Below, piece after piece: positions 9,197 to 21,459 of a stretch of 64,000 nucleotides of DNA. The position numbers and the translations under genes are program-made. The DNA is from Deltaproteobacteria bacterium (GTDB lineage Bacteria > Desulfobacterota > Binatia > UBA12015): NCBI GenBank assembly GCA_046583355.1, contig JAYGCM010000034.1, forward strand, positions 11,566-75,565, given 5' to 3'. Each line of letters opens with the position of its first letter. Position 1 is the first letter of the stretch. The notes beneath the pieces are model-generated. The model had not been told where the DNA came from, made no database searches, and saw nothing but the letters and a program-made list of their open reading frames with translations.

Positions 9197-11128
9197 CTAT
9201 TCGATGATGGGGGCGTCCCAGGCGGCCTCGAGTGCCGCAAGAGAGAGGTTCAGCAGGCTCCCAACCTCTAGCACATCGCCACCGACCTCGCCGATCACCC
9301 GCAAGGGAACATCGAGGCGAATTGCGCTGTCGCGTAATTCGGCCAGTGATTCGCGGTCCAGGCTCAACAGCATCCGCGCCTGACTTTCACCGAAAAGCCA
9401 CGCATCCGGGCGCATCCCTTCTTCGCTATCGATCCGCGCACCCAACCGCGGCACGCCCGCAGGTGCACCACAGCAGGCCTCCACCAGAGTAATGCCCAGA
9501 CCGCCGGCCGATAGATCATGCGCGCTATGCAGCAGTCCACGTGCGCACGCCGAGCGCACGAGATCCTGGAGCCTGCGCTCGGCGCCGAGGTCAACCCAGG
9601 GCGGCATGCCCTCGCGCAAGCCGTGGTAGAAGGCCGCATAGGCGCTGCCGCCGACCTCCTCATGCGAGTGGCCCAATAATACGATCAAGTCGCCGCTTAC
9701 GCGGAACCAGGGCAGCAGAAAGTCATCCGCGACCGGGCGCCCCAGCGCCAAGACGGTCGGGACGGCGTCGTCGCCGCTGCCCGCACGGGCCAATTCGATG
9801 GTCGTACCCAAGGCATCTGCCGCGTGGCGCAGGCCATCATAGACCAAGGAAGCCATCGGCGGGCCCTCGCCGGGAATCGTCACCGCCACGCCAAGGCTCT
9901 CGGCGCCTACGGCCGTCAAGTTTCGCGTAGCCTCGACGACCGCCAGGCAGGCCCCGATATAGGGATCCAGAGCAGAGAAGCGTGCGGCGGAGTCGACCGA
10001 TGCGACCAGCAGGTCGCGTGGGCCACCCACTACAAAAGCGCCCGCGTCGGCACCCGGCGCGATCCGTACCGACGCATGCTCGCGCCGAGCGAAGCGCGCA
10101 AAAATCGGCCGGCGTGAGCGCAGCACCGGCGTCGCGAGCAATTTTTGCAGGGCCTCCCCATAATCGGCCGGTTCGGGAAACTCAGCGATATGCAATTCGG
10201 TGGGTTCGTCCTCTGCGTCTTCAACCGACGCTGCCTGACTGCCGCGACGCAAATCTTCGGGAGAGAAAACCAGCAACCCCTCGCCCAGACCTACAATCTC
10301 GAGTTTCGGATCGCCCAGGACGACACCCACCTCCAGGCCGCTGAGTCCTTCAGGCAGTCCGCCCTCCCCGACCGAAACGAGAAACTCCAGGGGGGCCGGT
10401 GTGGTCAGATCAGAGCCTTCGGTCCCCCAGCGAGCCGCATCGAGACGCAGGCCGCAAGCAGCCGTTTCGATCCAATCGGCCGCACCGATCAGCGCGCCAT
10501 CGGCACAGCTGCCAACGAAACAAAGTGCCCCGGCCTCGTATTGCGCGCGCAGGCAGGCGGCCAGAGCCTTCTGGGCCTCGGCGAGTGCCTGCCCTGCAAG
10601 ATCAGTCAGGCAGAGGCGAAAGACGCGGTCGCCCGGCTGGCCGCGTTGCTCCTCTTCGAGCGAATGGCTGCGAGCGAGTACACCAACCAGGAAAAGCGAG
10701 ACTGCTGGACTCACACCCGCGACGTGCGCGATCTCGCCGGCGAAGACCGGAATCTCCAATCGCTCGGCGTGGTCGGCCAGCGCGCGGACGATGGTATCGC
10801 GGGCCCGCGCAGCGCCGGGGTCTTCGAGTTCGGCGATGCGGATGCCGTCGAAGAGCGCCGCAGGCTCGGCACCGCGCGCCGCCAACTCGATCATCAAGGC
10901 TCCGAGACGTTGCGGGAGCTTCTCCTCCAACGCCGCACCGCTCTCCTCGCCCAAGGCCATGAGCACGCGCGCGCCCTGGTCGAGCCGGAAGCCATTGGCA
11001 GCAAACGAACCGCGCGCCTCGCAAGCCGGTGTCTCCAACCAACGTCGCCGCCCGCGGCGCAAAAGCGTCTCGCGCAGCGGCTCTGCGGCGGCCCGCAGCG
11101 GGCTGTCGGTCTCGCTTTCTTCTCTCAT
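9197..11128 (-). CDS. purL: Degenerate PurL-like protein (small FGAM synthetase subunit homolog lacking catalytic motifs)
   Basis: C-terminal part is recognisable ([41 protein letters not shown]) and the gene precedes purF. WSEHC and ESHNHPS are absent. Confidence 0.8.
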   Translation of the reverse strand: MREESETDSPLRAAAEPLRETLLRRGRRRWLETPACEARGSFAANGFRLDQGARVLMALGEESGAALEEKLPQRLGALMIELAARGAEPAALFDGIRIAELEDPGAARARDTIVRALADHAERLEIPVFAGEIAHVAGVSPAVSLFLVGVLARSHSLEEEQRGQPGDRVFRLCLTDLAGQALAEAQKALAACLRAQYEAGALCFVGSCADGALIGAADWIETAACGLRLDAARWGTEGSDLTTPAPLEFLVSVGEGGLPEGLSGLEVGVVLGDPKLEIVGLGEGLLVFSPEDLRRGSQAASVEDAEDEPTELHIAEFPEPADYGEALQKLLATPVLRSRRPIFARFARREHASVRIAPGADAGAFVVGGPRDLLVASVDSAARFSALDPYIGACLAVVEATRNLTAVGAESLGVAVTIPGEGPPMASLVYDGLRHAADALGTTIELARAGSGDDAVPTVLALGRPVADDFLLPWFRVSGDLIVLLGHSHEEVGGSAYAAFYHGLREGMPPWVDLGAERRLQDLVRSACARGLLHSAHDLSAGGLGITLVEACCGAPAGVPRLGARIDSEEGMRPDAWLFGESQARMLLSLDRESLAELRDSAIRLDVPLRVIGEVGGDVLEVGSLLNLSLAALEAAWDAPIIE

Positions 11129-11146
11129 GCGAATCGCCTCGCTTGC

Positions 11147-11674
11147 TCAGCGGTCGCGCGAGCCGGGTTCGCGGCCCTGTGGTCCGGCGCCGCCAGGTTC
11201 TCCGCTGGTTCCCGTATGCCCGAAACCTCCACTGCCGCGCTCGGTTGCGGTCTCGGTCGGTGCCATACCGCCTTCGCTCTCGAGAACACGCCAGACGATT
11301 TGCGCGACGGGAGCCACCACCAATTGCGCAATGCGCGCCAATGGCTCGATAGTAAAGCTCTCTTTTCCGTGGTGAATAAGCGCCACCTTGATCTCACCGC
11401 GGTAATCCGAATCGATTGTGCCGGGGGAATTCAACACGGTGATGCCAACCCGCACGGCCAGACCGCTGCGCGGCCGGACCTGTCCTTCAAAGCCAGGCTG
11501 TAGCGCGATGCCGATGCCCGTCGGGATCAGCACGCGGTCACCGGGCGCGATGACCAAAGGAGCCGCAAGCGCGGCGCAGAGATCCATCCCTACCGCGCCC
11601 TCTGTCATATAGCGCGGCAGCGCAACAGCGACGGCGCCGATGCGCCAGATGCCGGTGCTCAGACCTTCCTGCAC
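11147..11674 (-). CDS. dut: dUTP diphosphatase
   Basis: [35 protein letters not shown]. Confidence 0.97.
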   Translation of the reverse strand: MQEGLSTGIWRIGAVAVALPRYMTEGAVGMDLCAALAAPLVIAPGDRVLIPTGIGIALQPGFEGQVRPRSGLAVRVGITVLNSPGTIDSDYRGEIKVALIHHGKESFTIEPLARIAQLVVAPVAQIVWRVLESEGGMAPTETATERGSGGFGHTGTSGEPGGAGPQGREPGSRDR

Positions 11675-11683
11675 GGGCCCCTC

Positions 11684-12958
11684 CTAGGTCAATCGCAGGG
11701 CGGCTTCGGGTACCGCGCCGTCTTCGAGGCGCCCGAGGAGCGAAACAAGAAGGTCCTGGCTGCCGAAGAAATGATCGGTGAGTTCACGAATCGCGGTCGC
11801 ATCGACTGCATCGATCCGGGCTGCAATTTCGTCGATCGGTACGACTCGGCCATAATGGATCTGGTTTACGGCCAAGCGCCGCATACGGCTGGAGCAACTC
11901 TCCAGACTCAGGAGAATATGGCCCTTGATCTGGCTTTTGGCGCGGGCCAGTTCCTCGTCGGTCAAGCCGTTATCGCGCAACGAGATCATTTCATCGCGGA
12001 CGATCTCCACTACCTCCGCAACCGACTCGGCACGCAGAGCGGCGTAGACGCTCATCGAGCCGACATTTTCGGTCAAGTCGAGGAATGAATAAATACTGTA
12101 GGCTTTGCCACGCTTCTCGCGGACTTCCTGGAAGAGGCGCGAGCTCATGCCCTCGCCAAAGGCCGTATTGAGGACAAAGGCGGCAAAGCGGCGATCGTCC
12201 TTGCTCGAGAGTCCCGGTACGCCCATCAGCAATTGCACCTGCTCGAGGTCACGTTTGTGGATATGCAGGCCGCTGGCGGTATCCGGCACCAGTAAATCCG
12301 GCGCGGTGGTCTGCCCCGAGAGTCCGCTTAAAGCAGTCTCGGCCCAGGCGACCAATTCGCTATGTTCTACTGCGCCGGCGGCGGCGATCACGATGCGATC
12401 GGCGCGGTAACGCGCCGCAATGAACTTCACGAAATCCTCGCGCTGCATGCCGCTGACGGTTTCGGGAGTACCGCAGATCGGGCGACTCAGTGCATGTCCC
12501 GGCCACAAGGCAGCGTCGAAAAGCTGGTGCGCCTGCGCGTCGGGGGAATCTTCGGTCTCGGCGATCTCCGAGAGAATGACAGTTCGTTCTTTTTCGATCT
12601 CCTCTGCCGGGAAAGTCGAATGGCAGAAGACGTCTCCGAGAACATCGAGAGCGAGCGGCAGGTCCTCGCCCAGGACGCGGGCGTGGTAGCAGGTCAACTC
12701 ACGACCGGTGAAGGCATTGAGCATGCCGCCGACGGCTTCGATTTCCTCGGCGATCTTGCGCGCATCGCGGCGCGTCGTTCCCTTGAAGAAAATATGCTCA
12801 AGGAAATGGGAGACTCCGTTCTCTTCGGCGGTCTCATAACGAGAGCCGTTCTCCACCCAGATTCCGATCGTTGCCGATCGGAACTGGGGGATTTTCTCCG
12901 AGAGAACGCGAACCCCGTTCGCAAGAACGGTGCTCTGGACGCCTCCGTCCACACTCAC
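11684..12958 (-). CDS. M16 (pitrilysin) family zinc peptidase
   Basis: GSRYE, HFLEH (HxxEH), [17 protein letters not shown]. Usual position after pnp. Confidence 0.95.
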   Translation of the reverse strand: MSVDGGVQSTVLANGVRVLSEKIPQFRSATIGIWVENGSRYETAEENGVSHFLEHIFFKGTTRRDARKIAEEIEAVGGMLNAFTGRELTCYHARVLGEDLPLALDVLGDVFCHSTFPAEEIEKERTVILSEIAETEDSPDAQAHQLFDAALWPGHALSRPICGTPETVSGMQREDFVKFIAARYRADRIVIAAAGAVEHSELVAWAETALSGLSGQTTAPDLLVPDTASGLHIHKRDLEQVQLLMGVPGLSSKDDRRFAAFVLNTAFGEGMSSRLFQEVREKRGKAYSIYSFLDLTENVGSMSVYAALRAESVAEVVEIVRDEMISLRDNGLTDEELARAKSQIKGHILLSLESCSSRMRRLAVNQIHYGRVVPIDEIAARIDAVDATAIRELTDHFFGSQDLLVSLLGRLEDGAVPEAALRLT

Positions 12959-15057
12959 TCCGCTGGCGCTTCGGCCTCGTCCCGCATCGCTTCCTTGCGC
13001 GAGAGCCGGATCTTGCCATTGCGGTCTACCTCAAGCACCTTCACCCGAACCATCTGTCCCTCTTTGAGGACGTCGGTCACATTGGCGATGCGCTCTTCGG
13101 AGATCTGCGAGATATGCAGCAAGCCGTCGCGGCCTGGCAGAACCTCGACGAAGGCACCGAAGTCCATGATCTTGCGGACTTCGCCCTCGTAGATCATGCC
13201 GACTTCGGGCTCGGCCGTGATCTCCTTGACGCGACGGATCGCATGCTCAAGCGCCGGGCCGTCGGCCGAGGCGATCTGCACGGAGCCGTCATCGGAGACG
13301 TCAATCGAACAACCCGTCTCCTCGACGAGGCCACGAATCACCTTGCCACCTGGGCCGATGATATCGCGGATCTTGTCCACCGGGATCTTCACGATCTCGA
13401 TTCGCGGTGCAAAGGGCGACATCTCCGGACGGGCACTAGCCAATTCCTTGGCCATCTCGGCGAGGATATGAAGCCGGCCGTCACGGGCCTGCTCAACAGC
13501 CTTCTGCATGATCTCCTGGGTGACGCCCGCAATCTTGATGTCCATCTGCAGGGCGGTGATGCCCTCGGCCGTACCGGCGACCTTGAAGTCCATATCGCCG
13601 AGATGATCTTCATCGCCGAGGATATCGCTAAGGATGGCAATATTGTCACCCTCTTTGATCAACCCCATGGCGATGCCGGCGACGGGTGCCTTGGTCGGCA
13701 TGCCGGCATCGTTCAATGCCAGCGAACCGCCACAGACGGTTGCCATCGAAGAGGAACCGTTGGATTCGAGGATCTCCGAGACGACACGTGCCACATACGG
13801 GAACTCGTCCTCGCTCGGCAGCACCGGTGCGAGAGCGCGCTCGGCGAGCGCGCCGTGGCCGGTGTCGCGACGGCTGGGACCGCGCATGAATTTCACTTCG
13901 CCCACGCTGAAGGGGGGGAAGTTATAATGCAGCATGAAGCGCTTCTTGAAGTTGCCCATCAAGCCGTCGACGCGCTGCGTATCGCCCGAGGTGCCCAGGG
14001 TGGCAATCACAAGAGCTTGGGTCTCGCCGCGTGTGAAGAGCGCCGAGCCATGCGTCCGCGGCAGTACCGAGGTCTCGCAAGTAATCGGGCGGACCGAGGT
14101 GAGGTCGCGGCCGTCGAGGCGTTTATTCTCGTTGACGATCATCGAGCGGACGGCGTTGTATTTTACCTTGCCGAAAGCGTCCGAGATCTCGCCGCCGCGG
14201 TCCGGGAACTCGCTGGAGAGGGCTTCTTTGGTCTGTGCTTTGGCCGCGTCGAATTTCGCGTAGCGGGCCATTTTTTCGGGCTCGACCAAGGCGTCGCTCA
14301 TCAGCGGGCGGGCGACTTCCGTCACCCGGGCCACAAGCGCGTCGTCGACTTCGATGACCGGGTTGGGACGCTTGGTCTTGCCGACGGCTTCCTGAAGCTC
14401 GTCTTGCAGGTCCAGGATCGGCTGCAGGCCGTCATGCGCAAAGAAAAGCGCTTCGAGCATTTCGGCGTCAGGGACGATATCGCCGCCACCTTCGACCATG
14501 ACGATCGCGTCACGGCTACCGGCGACCACGAGGTTGATATCACCCTCGGCGAGTTGGTCGGCAGTCGGGTTGAGAATCAATTTGCCGTCGACACGGCCGA
14601 CGCGCACAGCGGCGATCGGTCCGGCGAAGGGAATGTCCGAGATCGACAAGGCCGCCGAGGCGCCACAGATCGAGACGACATCGGGGTCGACGTCTTTCTC
14701 AGCCGAGAGAACGGTCGTGATGACCTGGGTCTCGCAGCGCCAGCCCTCAGCAAAGAGGGGGCGGATCGGGCGGTCGGTCAGGCGACAAGTGAGAATTTCC
14801 TTCTCTGTCGGGCGCCCCTCGCGCTTGAAGAAGCCACCGGGGATCTTGCCCGCAGCGTAAGTCTTCTCCTGATATTCAACGGTCAGCGGGAGGAAATCGA
14901 ATCCCTCACGCGGTTTGGCCTGCGCGGTCGCGGTGACCAGAATGACGGTATCGCCATAACGGACCACGACGGCACCACCGGCCTGCTTGGCCATCCGACC
15001 GGTTTCGATCGAAAACTGGCGTCCGCCAACTTCTACTTCAACTATCTTTTTTTCCAT
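12955..15057 (-). CDS. pnp: Polyribonucleotide nucleotidyltransferase
   Basis: [42 protein letters not shown] and S1 domains. AGGAG RBS before MEKK. Confidence 0.99.
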   Translation of the reverse strand: MEKKIVEVEVGGRQFSIETGRMAKQAGGAVVVRYGDTVILVTATAQAKPREGFDFLPLTVEYQEKTYAAGKIPGGFFKREGRPTEKEILTCRLTDRPIRPLFAEGWRCETQVITTVLSAEKDVDPDVVSICGASAALSISDIPFAGPIAAVRVGRVDGKLILNPTADQLAEGDINLVVAGSRDAIVMVEGGGDIVPDAEMLEALFFAHDGLQPILDLQDELQEAVGKTKRPNPVIEVDDALVARVTEVARPLMSDALVEPEKMARYAKFDAAKAQTKEALSSEFPDRGGEISDAFGKVKYNAVRSMIVNENKRLDGRDLTSVRPITCETSVLPRTHGSALFTRGETQALVIATLGTSGDTQRVDGLMGNFKKRFMLHYNFPPFSVGEVKFMRGPSRRDTGHGALAERALAPVLPSEDEFPYVARVVSEILESNGSSSMATVCGGSLALNDAGMPTKAPVAGIAMGLIKEGDNIAILSDILGDEDHLGDMDFKVAGTAEGITALQMDIKIAGVTQEIMQKAVEQARDGRLHILAEMAKELASARPEMSPFAPRIEIVKIPVDKIRDIIGPGGKVIRGLVEETGCSIDVSDDGSVQIASADGPALEHAIRRVKEITAEPEVGMIYEGEVRKIMDFGAFVEVLPGRDGLLHISQISEERIANVTDVLKEGQMVRVKVLEVDRNGKIRLSRKEAMRDEAEAPAE

Positions 15058-15216
15058 ATTACTCTCCTGTCGTGACACATTCTTTGCGACGGGCACGAAC
15101 CCTGCGAAAGGGCGTCGTCCGGGAAACTCGAGTCCACATTTCTCACCCCCAATCCTGCGGCAGGCACCGGGATTGCCAGTGGCTACTTCAGAAGAACGGG
15201 ATCAGTAAATATGGTT

Positions 15217-15486
15217 TTAGCGGCGGATGCCGAGACGCCCGATGAGCGTCTTGTACCGCGCGAGATCCTTGCGCTTCAGGTAGTCGAGAAGACGCCTGCG
15301 CTGGCTGACCATCGTGATCAGTCCGCGACGCGAATGATGGTCTTTCGCGTGGGTCTTGAAATGTTCGGTCAGACCTTTGATGCGCTCGGTAAGGAGCGCG
15401 ACCTGGACCTCCGGGGTTGCGGTATCTTTCTCGTGGGCACGGAAACCCTCAACGACTTCCGCTATTTGAGCTGTAGCCAACGCCAC
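15217..15486 (-). CDS. rpsO: 30S ribosomal protein S15
   Basis: [23 protein letters not shown]. Confidence 0.99.
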   Translation of the reverse strand: MALATAQIAEVVEGFRAHEKDTATPEVQVALLTERIKGLTEHFKTHAKDHHSRRGLITMVSQRRRLLDYLKRKDLARYKTLIGRLGIRR

Positions 15487-15525
15487 TTCAATGATTCCTT
15501 TTCTTTTCCATTGTTCGGCCTCTCG

Positions 15526-16443
15526 CTAACATCGGGATTCCGGCCTGTAAAGCTCGCTGGCCTGTGGATAGAGCATTCGTCGCAAGACCCAGCCCTCGCC
15601 ATCGCGGTCCGCGATGGCGAGCAAAGCGTTATCTGGTGCGATCAGGGCCACCCGCGGTGAATCGGTCGGCCCGGCAAAATCGCGCAGGCTTCCTTTGCGC
15701 CCGACGGCCAGCGCATAGGCCAGTTCAGCGCTCACTTTTTGCGACGGGATGGTACGCAGCGCCTCAGTCGGTGTCAGCACGGGCAACGCACCGACCGCGC
15801 AGGCCTCGAGCGCCTCCATGGTATGGCTCTCCGCCTCGCCGAAGGGGCCAAAGCGGGTTCGCCGCAACGACGCCAGAGTAGCAGGACAGCCCAAGGCGGC
15901 GCCGATTTCTTCGGCGAGCACGCGAATATAAGTCCCCTTGGAGCAATCCACCGAGAAGCGCACGCGATCTGTGGTCGACCCGGGCCTCAGCGTGATCTGG
16001 TCGATCCGGATCAGCCGGGCCTTGCGCTCGACCTCGATTCCGGCGCGCGCCAGTTTGTAGAGTTCCTGGCCGCCGATCTTGACGGCCGAGTACATCGGCG
16101 GCGTCTGCAGGCGCTCGCCATGGAGTTCGGCGGCCAATTGCGCCAGCCTCGCCGCATCGAATTCCGGCACAGGGCCGCGTGCCGTCTCCTGGCCCGTGAT
16201 GTCCAGGGTATCGGTTGCCAGGCCGAGGAGAATCTCGCCGCAATAGGCTTTGTCGGCCGCGTCGAGAAATTGGGCGATCTTGGTGCCGCCGTCGATACAG
16301 AGCGGCAGCACGCCGGTCGCCATCGGGTCCAAGGTGCCGAGATGGCCGATCTTGCGCAGGCGGTGGCGCCGTTTGAGAATCCGCACGATGCCAGCCGAGG
16401 TCTCCCCTGCCGGTTTGTCGGCCAGCAGAATCCCGTCAGGCAT
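15526..16443 (-). CDS. truB: tRNA pseudouridine(55) synthase
   Basis: GHLGTLDPMATGVL, PPMYSAVK, CSKGTYIR. Confidence 0.98.
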   Translation of the reverse strand: MPDGILLADKPAGETSAGIVRILKRRHRLRKIGHLGTLDPMATGVLPLCIDGGTKIAQFLDAADKAYCGEILLGLATDTLDITGQETARGPVPEFDAARLAQLAAELHGERLQTPPMYSAVKIGGQELYKLARAGIEVERKARLIRIDQITLRPGSTTDRVRFSVDCSKGTYIRVLAEEIGAALGCPATLASLRRTRFGPFGEAESHTMEALEACAVGALPVLTPTEALRTIPSQKVSAELAYALAVGRKGSLRDFAGPTDSPRVALIAPDNALLAIADRDGEGWVLRRMLYPQASELYRPESRC

Positions 16444-16870
16444 CGCTCTCGTCCTCGTATTCGTCCTCGTATCCGTCCTCGCCCTCGACTGGGTCGTTCA
16501 GGGACGCGGGACGGGTCTCGCGCAGCAGCGTATCAATGCGACGCGCCTCTTCCATTTCCTCGTCATAGAAAAAGCGCAGCGCCGGGGTGTAGCGGAGCTG
16601 CATCGTGCGAGCGAGATGGCGACGCAGGAAAGGCGCCGCCCGGATCAGACCAGCCAGAGAGTCCGCGCGCACGCCGCGTTCCTCGGTAAGGAGCAGGAAA
16701 TAAACCTTGGCCTGCTTCAAATCGGGCGTAAGCCGCACCCGCGTGAGGTTCACATCCACCAGGCGCGGGTCGCTCACGCGATGCAACAAAGCCTCGGCGA
16801 GGCAGCGCTGCACGCCACCGGAGACCCGGTCGGCACGCTTGACCTCAAAGGCACCGGCCTCCGGGTCCAT
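16436..16870 (-). CDS. rbfA: Ribosome-binding factor A
   Basis: RADRV, DPRL, TPDLKQAKVY, LRYTPALRFFYD. Start may be 16897. Confidence 0.95.
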   Translation of the reverse strand: MDPEAGAFEVKRADRVSGGVQRCLAEALLHRVSDPRLVDVNLTRVRLTPDLKQAKVYFLLLTEERGVRADSLAGLIRAAPFLRRHLARTMQLRYTPALRFFYDEEMEEARRIDTLLRETRPASLNDPVEGEDGYEDEYEDESDA

Positions 16871-16917
16871 TACACTGCGCTGTCGTCTACGCGCCACGGT
16901 CGGTCCCGCCTATCCGC

Positions 16918-19710
16918 TCAGGCGGCGCCGCCGGAGACATGCGGCGGGTTGGCTTCGGCTGTCGGCTCAAGCTTGCGGGCCACTTCCTCGACCTCGTAGA
17001 CCTCGATGACATCGCCCGGCTTCACGTCCGAGAAGCCCTCGATCCCGATGCCGCATTCGTAGCCACGCAGCACTTCGCGCGCGTCGTCCTTGAAGCGACG
17101 CAAGCTGCCGATCTTGCCCTCGTGCACGACAGCATGGTCGCGCAATAGCCGCGCCAGCGCACCGCGCAGAATCTTGCCGTCGGTCACAGTCGAGCCGGCA
17201 ATCACGCCGGCACCGCGCACGCCGAAGATCTCGCGAACCTCGGCGCGACCGATGGTTTTCTCGCGCAGCGCCGGTGCCAGCATTCCTTCGAGTGCCTCGC
17301 GGACCTCACGAATCGCATCATAGATGATGGTGTATAGGCGGATATCGACGCCTACGTCTTCGGCAACCTTGGCGGCCTTGGTTTCGGGTCGGACGTTGAA
17401 GCCGATGATAACGGCCTTGGAGGCCGAGGCCAGGAGGATATCGGATTCTGTCACGCCGCCGACCGAGGAGTGGATCACCTTGACCTGCACCTCTTCGGTA
17501 GAGAGGCGTGCGAAGGCTTCGCGCAGGGCATCGATCGAACCCTGAACATCGACCTTGAGAACGACGTTGAGCTCTTGCGTCTGGCCCTTCTCGAGCTGCG
17601 CGTAGAGGTCGTCCAATGAAATCCTGGAGCTGCGCGCCAATTCGCTCTCGCGTTGCTTGATCCGCCGATGGTCGGCGATCTGTTTCGCCTTCGACTCGTT
17701 CTCCACGACGGCGAACGCATCGCCGGCATCAGGAACGCCGTCAAGGCCAAGAATCTCGACAGGTATCGAGGGGCCCGCCGACGTGATCCGATTGCCCTGG
17801 AAATCGAGCATCGCGCGCAACTTTCCGTATTGTAATCCGACAACGAAAGGCTGCCCGGGCTTGAGGGTGCCTTCCTGGATGAGCACGGTGGCTACCGGGC
17901 CACGGCCGCGGTCGAGCTTTGCCTCGACGATGGTGCCGCGAGCGCGGATCTCGGGGTTGGCCTTGAGTTCCAGCAACTCGGCCTGAAGAAGAACCATCTC
18001 CAGGAGGTGGTCGAGGCCTTCGCCGGTTTTCGCGGAGACCGGACAGATGATGGTATCACCGCCCCAGTCTTCGGGCACCACGCCATGCTCGGAAAGTTTA
18101 CCCTTGACCCGCTCTACATCGGCTTCTTCGCGGTCGATTTTATTGATCGCGACGATCATGGGGACCTTGGCGGCGCGGGCATGATTGATCGCTTCGACGG
18201 TCTGCGGCATCGGGCCGTCATCGGCCGCGACGACCAGAATGACGATATCGGTGACCTTGGCACCGCGGGCGCGCATCGCGGTGAAGGCCGCGTGGCCAGG
18301 CGTATCGATGAAAGTGATATGACGCTCGCCTACCGGAACCGAATAGGCACCAATATGCTGCGTGATGCCGCCAGCTTCGCCATCAGCAACCGCGGCCTTG
18401 CGGATCTTGTCGAGCACGGAGGTCTTACCGTGATCGACGTGGCCCATCACCGTAACGACCGGGTCGCGCAGCACGGCTTCGCCGACCGTCTCTTCGGTCT
18501 CGGTGCCTTCGATTTCCTTCTCGGCATCGAAGGCGACGTTCTCCACCTTGTACTCGAACTCGCCCGCCACCAAAGTGGCATGGTCGACGTCGAGGACCTG
18601 ATTCACCGTCGCCATCACGCCCATGCCCATGAGCTGCTTGAGGACCTCGCCGGCCTTCAGGCCCATCGCCTTGGCGAGATCGCCAACGGAGATGGTATCA
18701 TGCATGCGCACGATGCGTTTGCGCGCCGAGGGCGTCGTGATCTCGGTGCGACCCTGCTCCTTGCCCGGAGCGGCGCGCCGTTTCTGCGGCCGCCTGCCAC
18801 GGCGTCGGTCGCCCGCCATGAACGGGTCGAGCTGCGAGCCGCGGCGGATGATCTTCTTGCCCTTTTTGCGCCGTACGACGCCCGGCGCCACGCCAGGGGT
18901 GCCGCCGGGGCCACCGCGCGCTGCGACCGCTCGCGGCTGGAGTGGCGGCTTGAGCTCGATCTTGCCGAGAACCTGCACTCGTCGCATGCTGTCGTCGAGT
19001 TTCGGCGCACTGGGGTCGATATGGGCCGGGTCGTCAACGGGTGCCGGTGGTGCCGGCGCAGGCTCTGCCGCTTGCGGCGCGGGACTCGGCTCGGGCGTGG
19101 CTGGCATACTCGCTTCAACCGGTGTCCCTGCGGCCTTCGGTGCTTCTGTAGCCTTCTTTCTGGCCTTGGCTTTTCCGGCTTCGGGGGCCTCCGGGGCTGG
19201 CTCGGCCTTGGCCTCGGGGGCCGGCTCGGGCTTGACCTCGACCGGCGGCGCCGCGAGCGGCGGCAGGTCCGGCAGCAGGCCGCTGGAATCATCGCTGGTG
19301 CTCGAGGAAGGCCTCGGCGAGGTGGATACTCCCATATCGGGAAGGTCGATGAGCACGCCATCGCCGCCAGCGGCGGCCGGCGTCACGGCCTTGCGGCCGA
19401 TTTCGACTCGGCTGCGCCGGCGACGGATCACGTTGGGGCGCACGCGCGACTCAATCGTGGATTCGCGGGAGGTTACCTCCCCTTGCGCATCACGCTGCGT
19501 GACGAGTTTCTCGCGCACGATACGCTCGGTTCCGACCGTCGGCTCGATGGATGGGCCGCGGCCCATCCTCTCCGCGAGACGCTCGATCTCGCCTTCCTGC
19601 AGGCTGCTCTGCGAGCGCTTGCCCTGGATGCCAATGGTATCGAGGCTGGCGATCAGTTCCTTCGATTGAAGGTTCCACTCCTTCGCCAATTGATGAATCC
19701 GCTTCGGCAT
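16918..19710 (-). CDS. infB: Translation initiation factor IF-2
   Basis: [12 protein letters not shown]-terminus, [18 protein letters not shown]. Confidence 0.99.
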   Translation of the reverse strand: MPKRIHQLAKEWNLQSKELIASLDTIGIQGKRSQSSLQEGEIERLAERMGRGPSIEPTVGTERIVREKLVTQRDAQGEVTSRESTIESRVRPNVIRRRRSRVEIGRKAVTPAAAGGDGVLIDLPDMGVSTSPRPSSSTSDDSSGLLPDLPPLAAPPVEVKPEPAPEAKAEPAPEAPEAGKAKARKKATEAPKAAGTPVEASMPATPEPSPAPQAAEPAPAPPAPVDDPAHIDPSAPKLDDSMRRVQVLGKIELKPPLQPRAVAARGGPGGTPGVAPGVVRRKKGKKIIRRGSQLDPFMAGDRRRGRRPQKRRAAPGKEQGRTEITTPSARKRIVRMHDTISVGDLAKAMGLKAGEVLKQLMGMGVMATVNQVLDVDHATLVAGEFEYKVENVAFDAEKEIEGTETEETVGEAVLRDPVVTVMGHVDHGKTSVLDKIRKAAVADGEAGGITQHIGAYSVPVGERHITFIDTPGHAAFTAMRARGAKVTDIVILVVAADDGPMPQTVEAINHARAAKVPMIVAINKIDREEADVERVKGKLSEHGVVPEDWGGDTIICPVSAKTGEGLDHLLEMVLLQAELLELKANPEIRARGTIVEAKLDRGRGPVATVLIQEGTLKPGQPFVVGLQYGKLRAMLDFQGNRITSAGPSIPVEILGLDGVPDAGDAFAVVENESKAKQIADHRRIKQRESELARSSRISLDDLYAQLEKGQTQELNVVLKVDVQGSIDALREAFARLSTEEVQVKVIHSSVGGVTESDILLASASKAVIIGFNVRPETKAAKVAEDVGVDIRLYTIIYDAIREVREALEGMLAPALREKTIGRAEVREIFGVRGAGVIAGSTVTDGKILRGALARLLRDHAVVHEGKIGSLRRFKDDAREVLRGYECGIGIEGFSDVKPGDVIEVYEVEEVARKLEPTAEANPPHVSGGAA

Positions 19711-19714
19711 GCCT

Positions 19715-20071
19715 CTAGTCCTTTTCCCTTGCTTCCGCCTGCGTCCATCGCCGCGCGCGCATGGCCAGCAAAGCACTTCGTGCGTCGCCGTCCGGACGAA
19801 CGCGAAGACCGGGCAATGATTTGCGGCCTTCAACAAAGAGTCGCTCGCAAGCCGTGTCCGGGTGCAGGTATGTACCGCGCCCATCGTGCTCGCGCCACTC
19901 CAGCGCCCGCGATCCCGCGCAGCGAGCAATCCGCTGCATGGAGGCGCGCTCGTCGCGCCGTCCGCAGCCTGCACAAATGCGCATGGCGCGATGCGGAAGC
20001 CGGCGCCCTTCGGGCCACGGCAAGCTCGCAACGCGTTGCGGCCGAGGCTTTTTGCGTCGTGCTCGACTCAA
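19715..20071 (-). CDS. YlxR/DUF448 family protein
   Basis: RICAGC, GRGTYLH..C. Lies between nusA and infB. Start uncertain. Confidence 0.85.
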   Translation of the reverse strand: MSRARRKKPRPQRVASLPWPEGRRLPHRAMRICAGCGRRDERASMQRIARCAGSRALEWREHDGRGTYLHPDTACERLFVEGRKSLPGLRVRPDGDARSALLAMRARRWTQAEAREKD

Positions 20072-21447
20072 GCTGTCGGCTCCTCCGGCAGGTCGAGTAG
20101 CGCGTCACCCTCTGGTGCAGCGTCGCCCTCTGCAGCGGCCACACCGGCCGCCTCCGCCGCTGCGGCGGCCAGCACGGCGGCTGCCGCTGCGGCCTCCGCC
20201 TCGGCGACCTCTTCGACGGCGCGCAACTTGGCGGCCGCGACGATCGCGACCGCGCGCTCCACTTCGATTCCTTCGACCTCGGCGATCTCGATGGGCTCCG
20301 ATTCCGCGACTTCGGCGACCAGTTTGTAGCCGTGCTGCATCAGCAATTCGGCCGTAACATCGCTTACGCCCTCGATCGTCATCAGGGCGGCACGAGCCTG
20401 GCGGACTTCTTCGTCAGCCTCGGACTCGCCCCGGACATCCAACCGCCAGCCGGTCAGGCGAGAAGCAAGCGTGACGTTCTGACCACGCTTGCCGATCGCC
20501 AACGAGAGCTGGTCGTCGGGGACGATCACCTCCATGGTATGCTCGTCTTCGTCCATGATGATCTTGGCGACCTTGGCCGGCGCGATGGCGCGGCAAACGA
20601 ACTCGGCCGAATCGGCGATCCAGTGGACGATATCGATTTTCTCGCCGCGCAATTCCTGCACGACGGCCTGCACGCGTGTTCCACGCATACCGACGCAAGC
20701 GCCGACGGGGTCGACATCGCGGTCATGCGAGACGACGGCGATCTTGGCCCGGCCACCCGGCTCGCGTACGGCCGCTTTCACCTCGACGATACCCTCATAA
20801 ATCTCCGGCACTTCCTGGCGGAAGAGCTCGATCAGGAGGTTCGGATGGGTGCGGCTGAGAATGATCTGCGGGCCTTTGGCGGTCAGGTCGACATCATAGA
20901 TATAGGCGCGAATGCGGTCGTTCTGGCGGTAGCGCTCGCGCGGGATCTGCTCGCGCTCGGGCAGGATCGCATCGGTTCGACCCAGATTCACGATGATATT
21001 ACGACGCTCGAAGCGTTGCACGATGCCCGAGAAGAGCTCGCCCTTACGGTCTTTGAATTCGTTATAGATGATCTCGCGCTCGGCATCGCGGACTTTTTGG
21101 ATGATCGCCTGCTTGGCGGCCTGCGCGCCGATCCGGCCAAACCCCTTCTGGGGCAATTTGGCGAGGAATTCATCGCCCAGTTCAGCCTCTTCGTCGAAAT
21201 CAGCGCGGGCTTGCTCCAGCGTGATTTCGCTCTCCGGGTCGCTGACCACATCGACCACGCGTTTGATCTCGAAGAGCTCGACCTCGCCGATTTCCGCGTT
21301 GAATTGCGCCTCAATCTGGCGCTCCGGGCCGAGCAAGCGGTGTGCTGCCTGCACCATCGCCTCTTCGATCGCCTCGATGATTATGGAGCGGTCGATCTGT
21401 TTCTCACGACTTACCTGGTCGATTACACGGCTGAGCTGAAGTTCCAT
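20068..21447 (-). CDS. nusA: Transcription termination/antitermination factor NusA
   Basis: FGRIGAQAAKQ, REPGGRAKIAV, DPVGACVGMRG, SLAIGKRGQNV. Ala-rich tail. Confidence 0.99.
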   Translation of the reverse strand: MELQLSRVIDQVSREKQIDRSIIIEAIEEAMVQAAHRLLGPERQIEAQFNAEIGEVELFEIKRVVDVVSDPESEITLEQARADFDEEAELGDEFLAKLPQKGFGRIGAQAAKQAIIQKVRDAEREIIYNEFKDRKGELFSGIVQRFERRNIIVNLGRTDAILPEREQIPRERYRQNDRIRAYIYDVDLTAKGPQIILSRTHPNLLIELFRQEVPEIYEGIVEVKAAVREPGGRAKIAVVSHDRDVDPVGACVGMRGTRVQAVVQELRGEKIDIVHWIADSAEFVCRAIAPAKVAKIIMDEDEHTMEVIVPDDQLSLAIGKRGQNVTLASRLTGWRLDVRGESEADEEVRQARAALMTIEGVSDVTAELLMQHGYKLVAEVAESEPIEIAEVEGIEVERAVAIVAAAKLRAVEEVAEAEAAAAAAVLAAAAAEAAGVAAAEGDAAPEGDALLDLPEEPTA

Positions 21448-21459
21448 GCGTTGTCTCCC

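Noticed and set aside
12871..15075. Long antisense ORFs (also 18007..20100, 20332..22029, 32167..33789, 56561..58903)
   Set aside because: They mirror conserved genes on the other strand, as expected from high-GC codon bias, and show no motifs.
16448..16482. 12-nt tandem repeat (tcgtcctcgtat)
   Set aside because: Encodes the acidic tail of RbfA; low-complexity coding sequence, not an array.
19020..19340. Pro/Ala-rich repeats in infB, and the Ala-rich nusA tail
   Set aside because: Variable low-complexity linkers are normal for these proteins.
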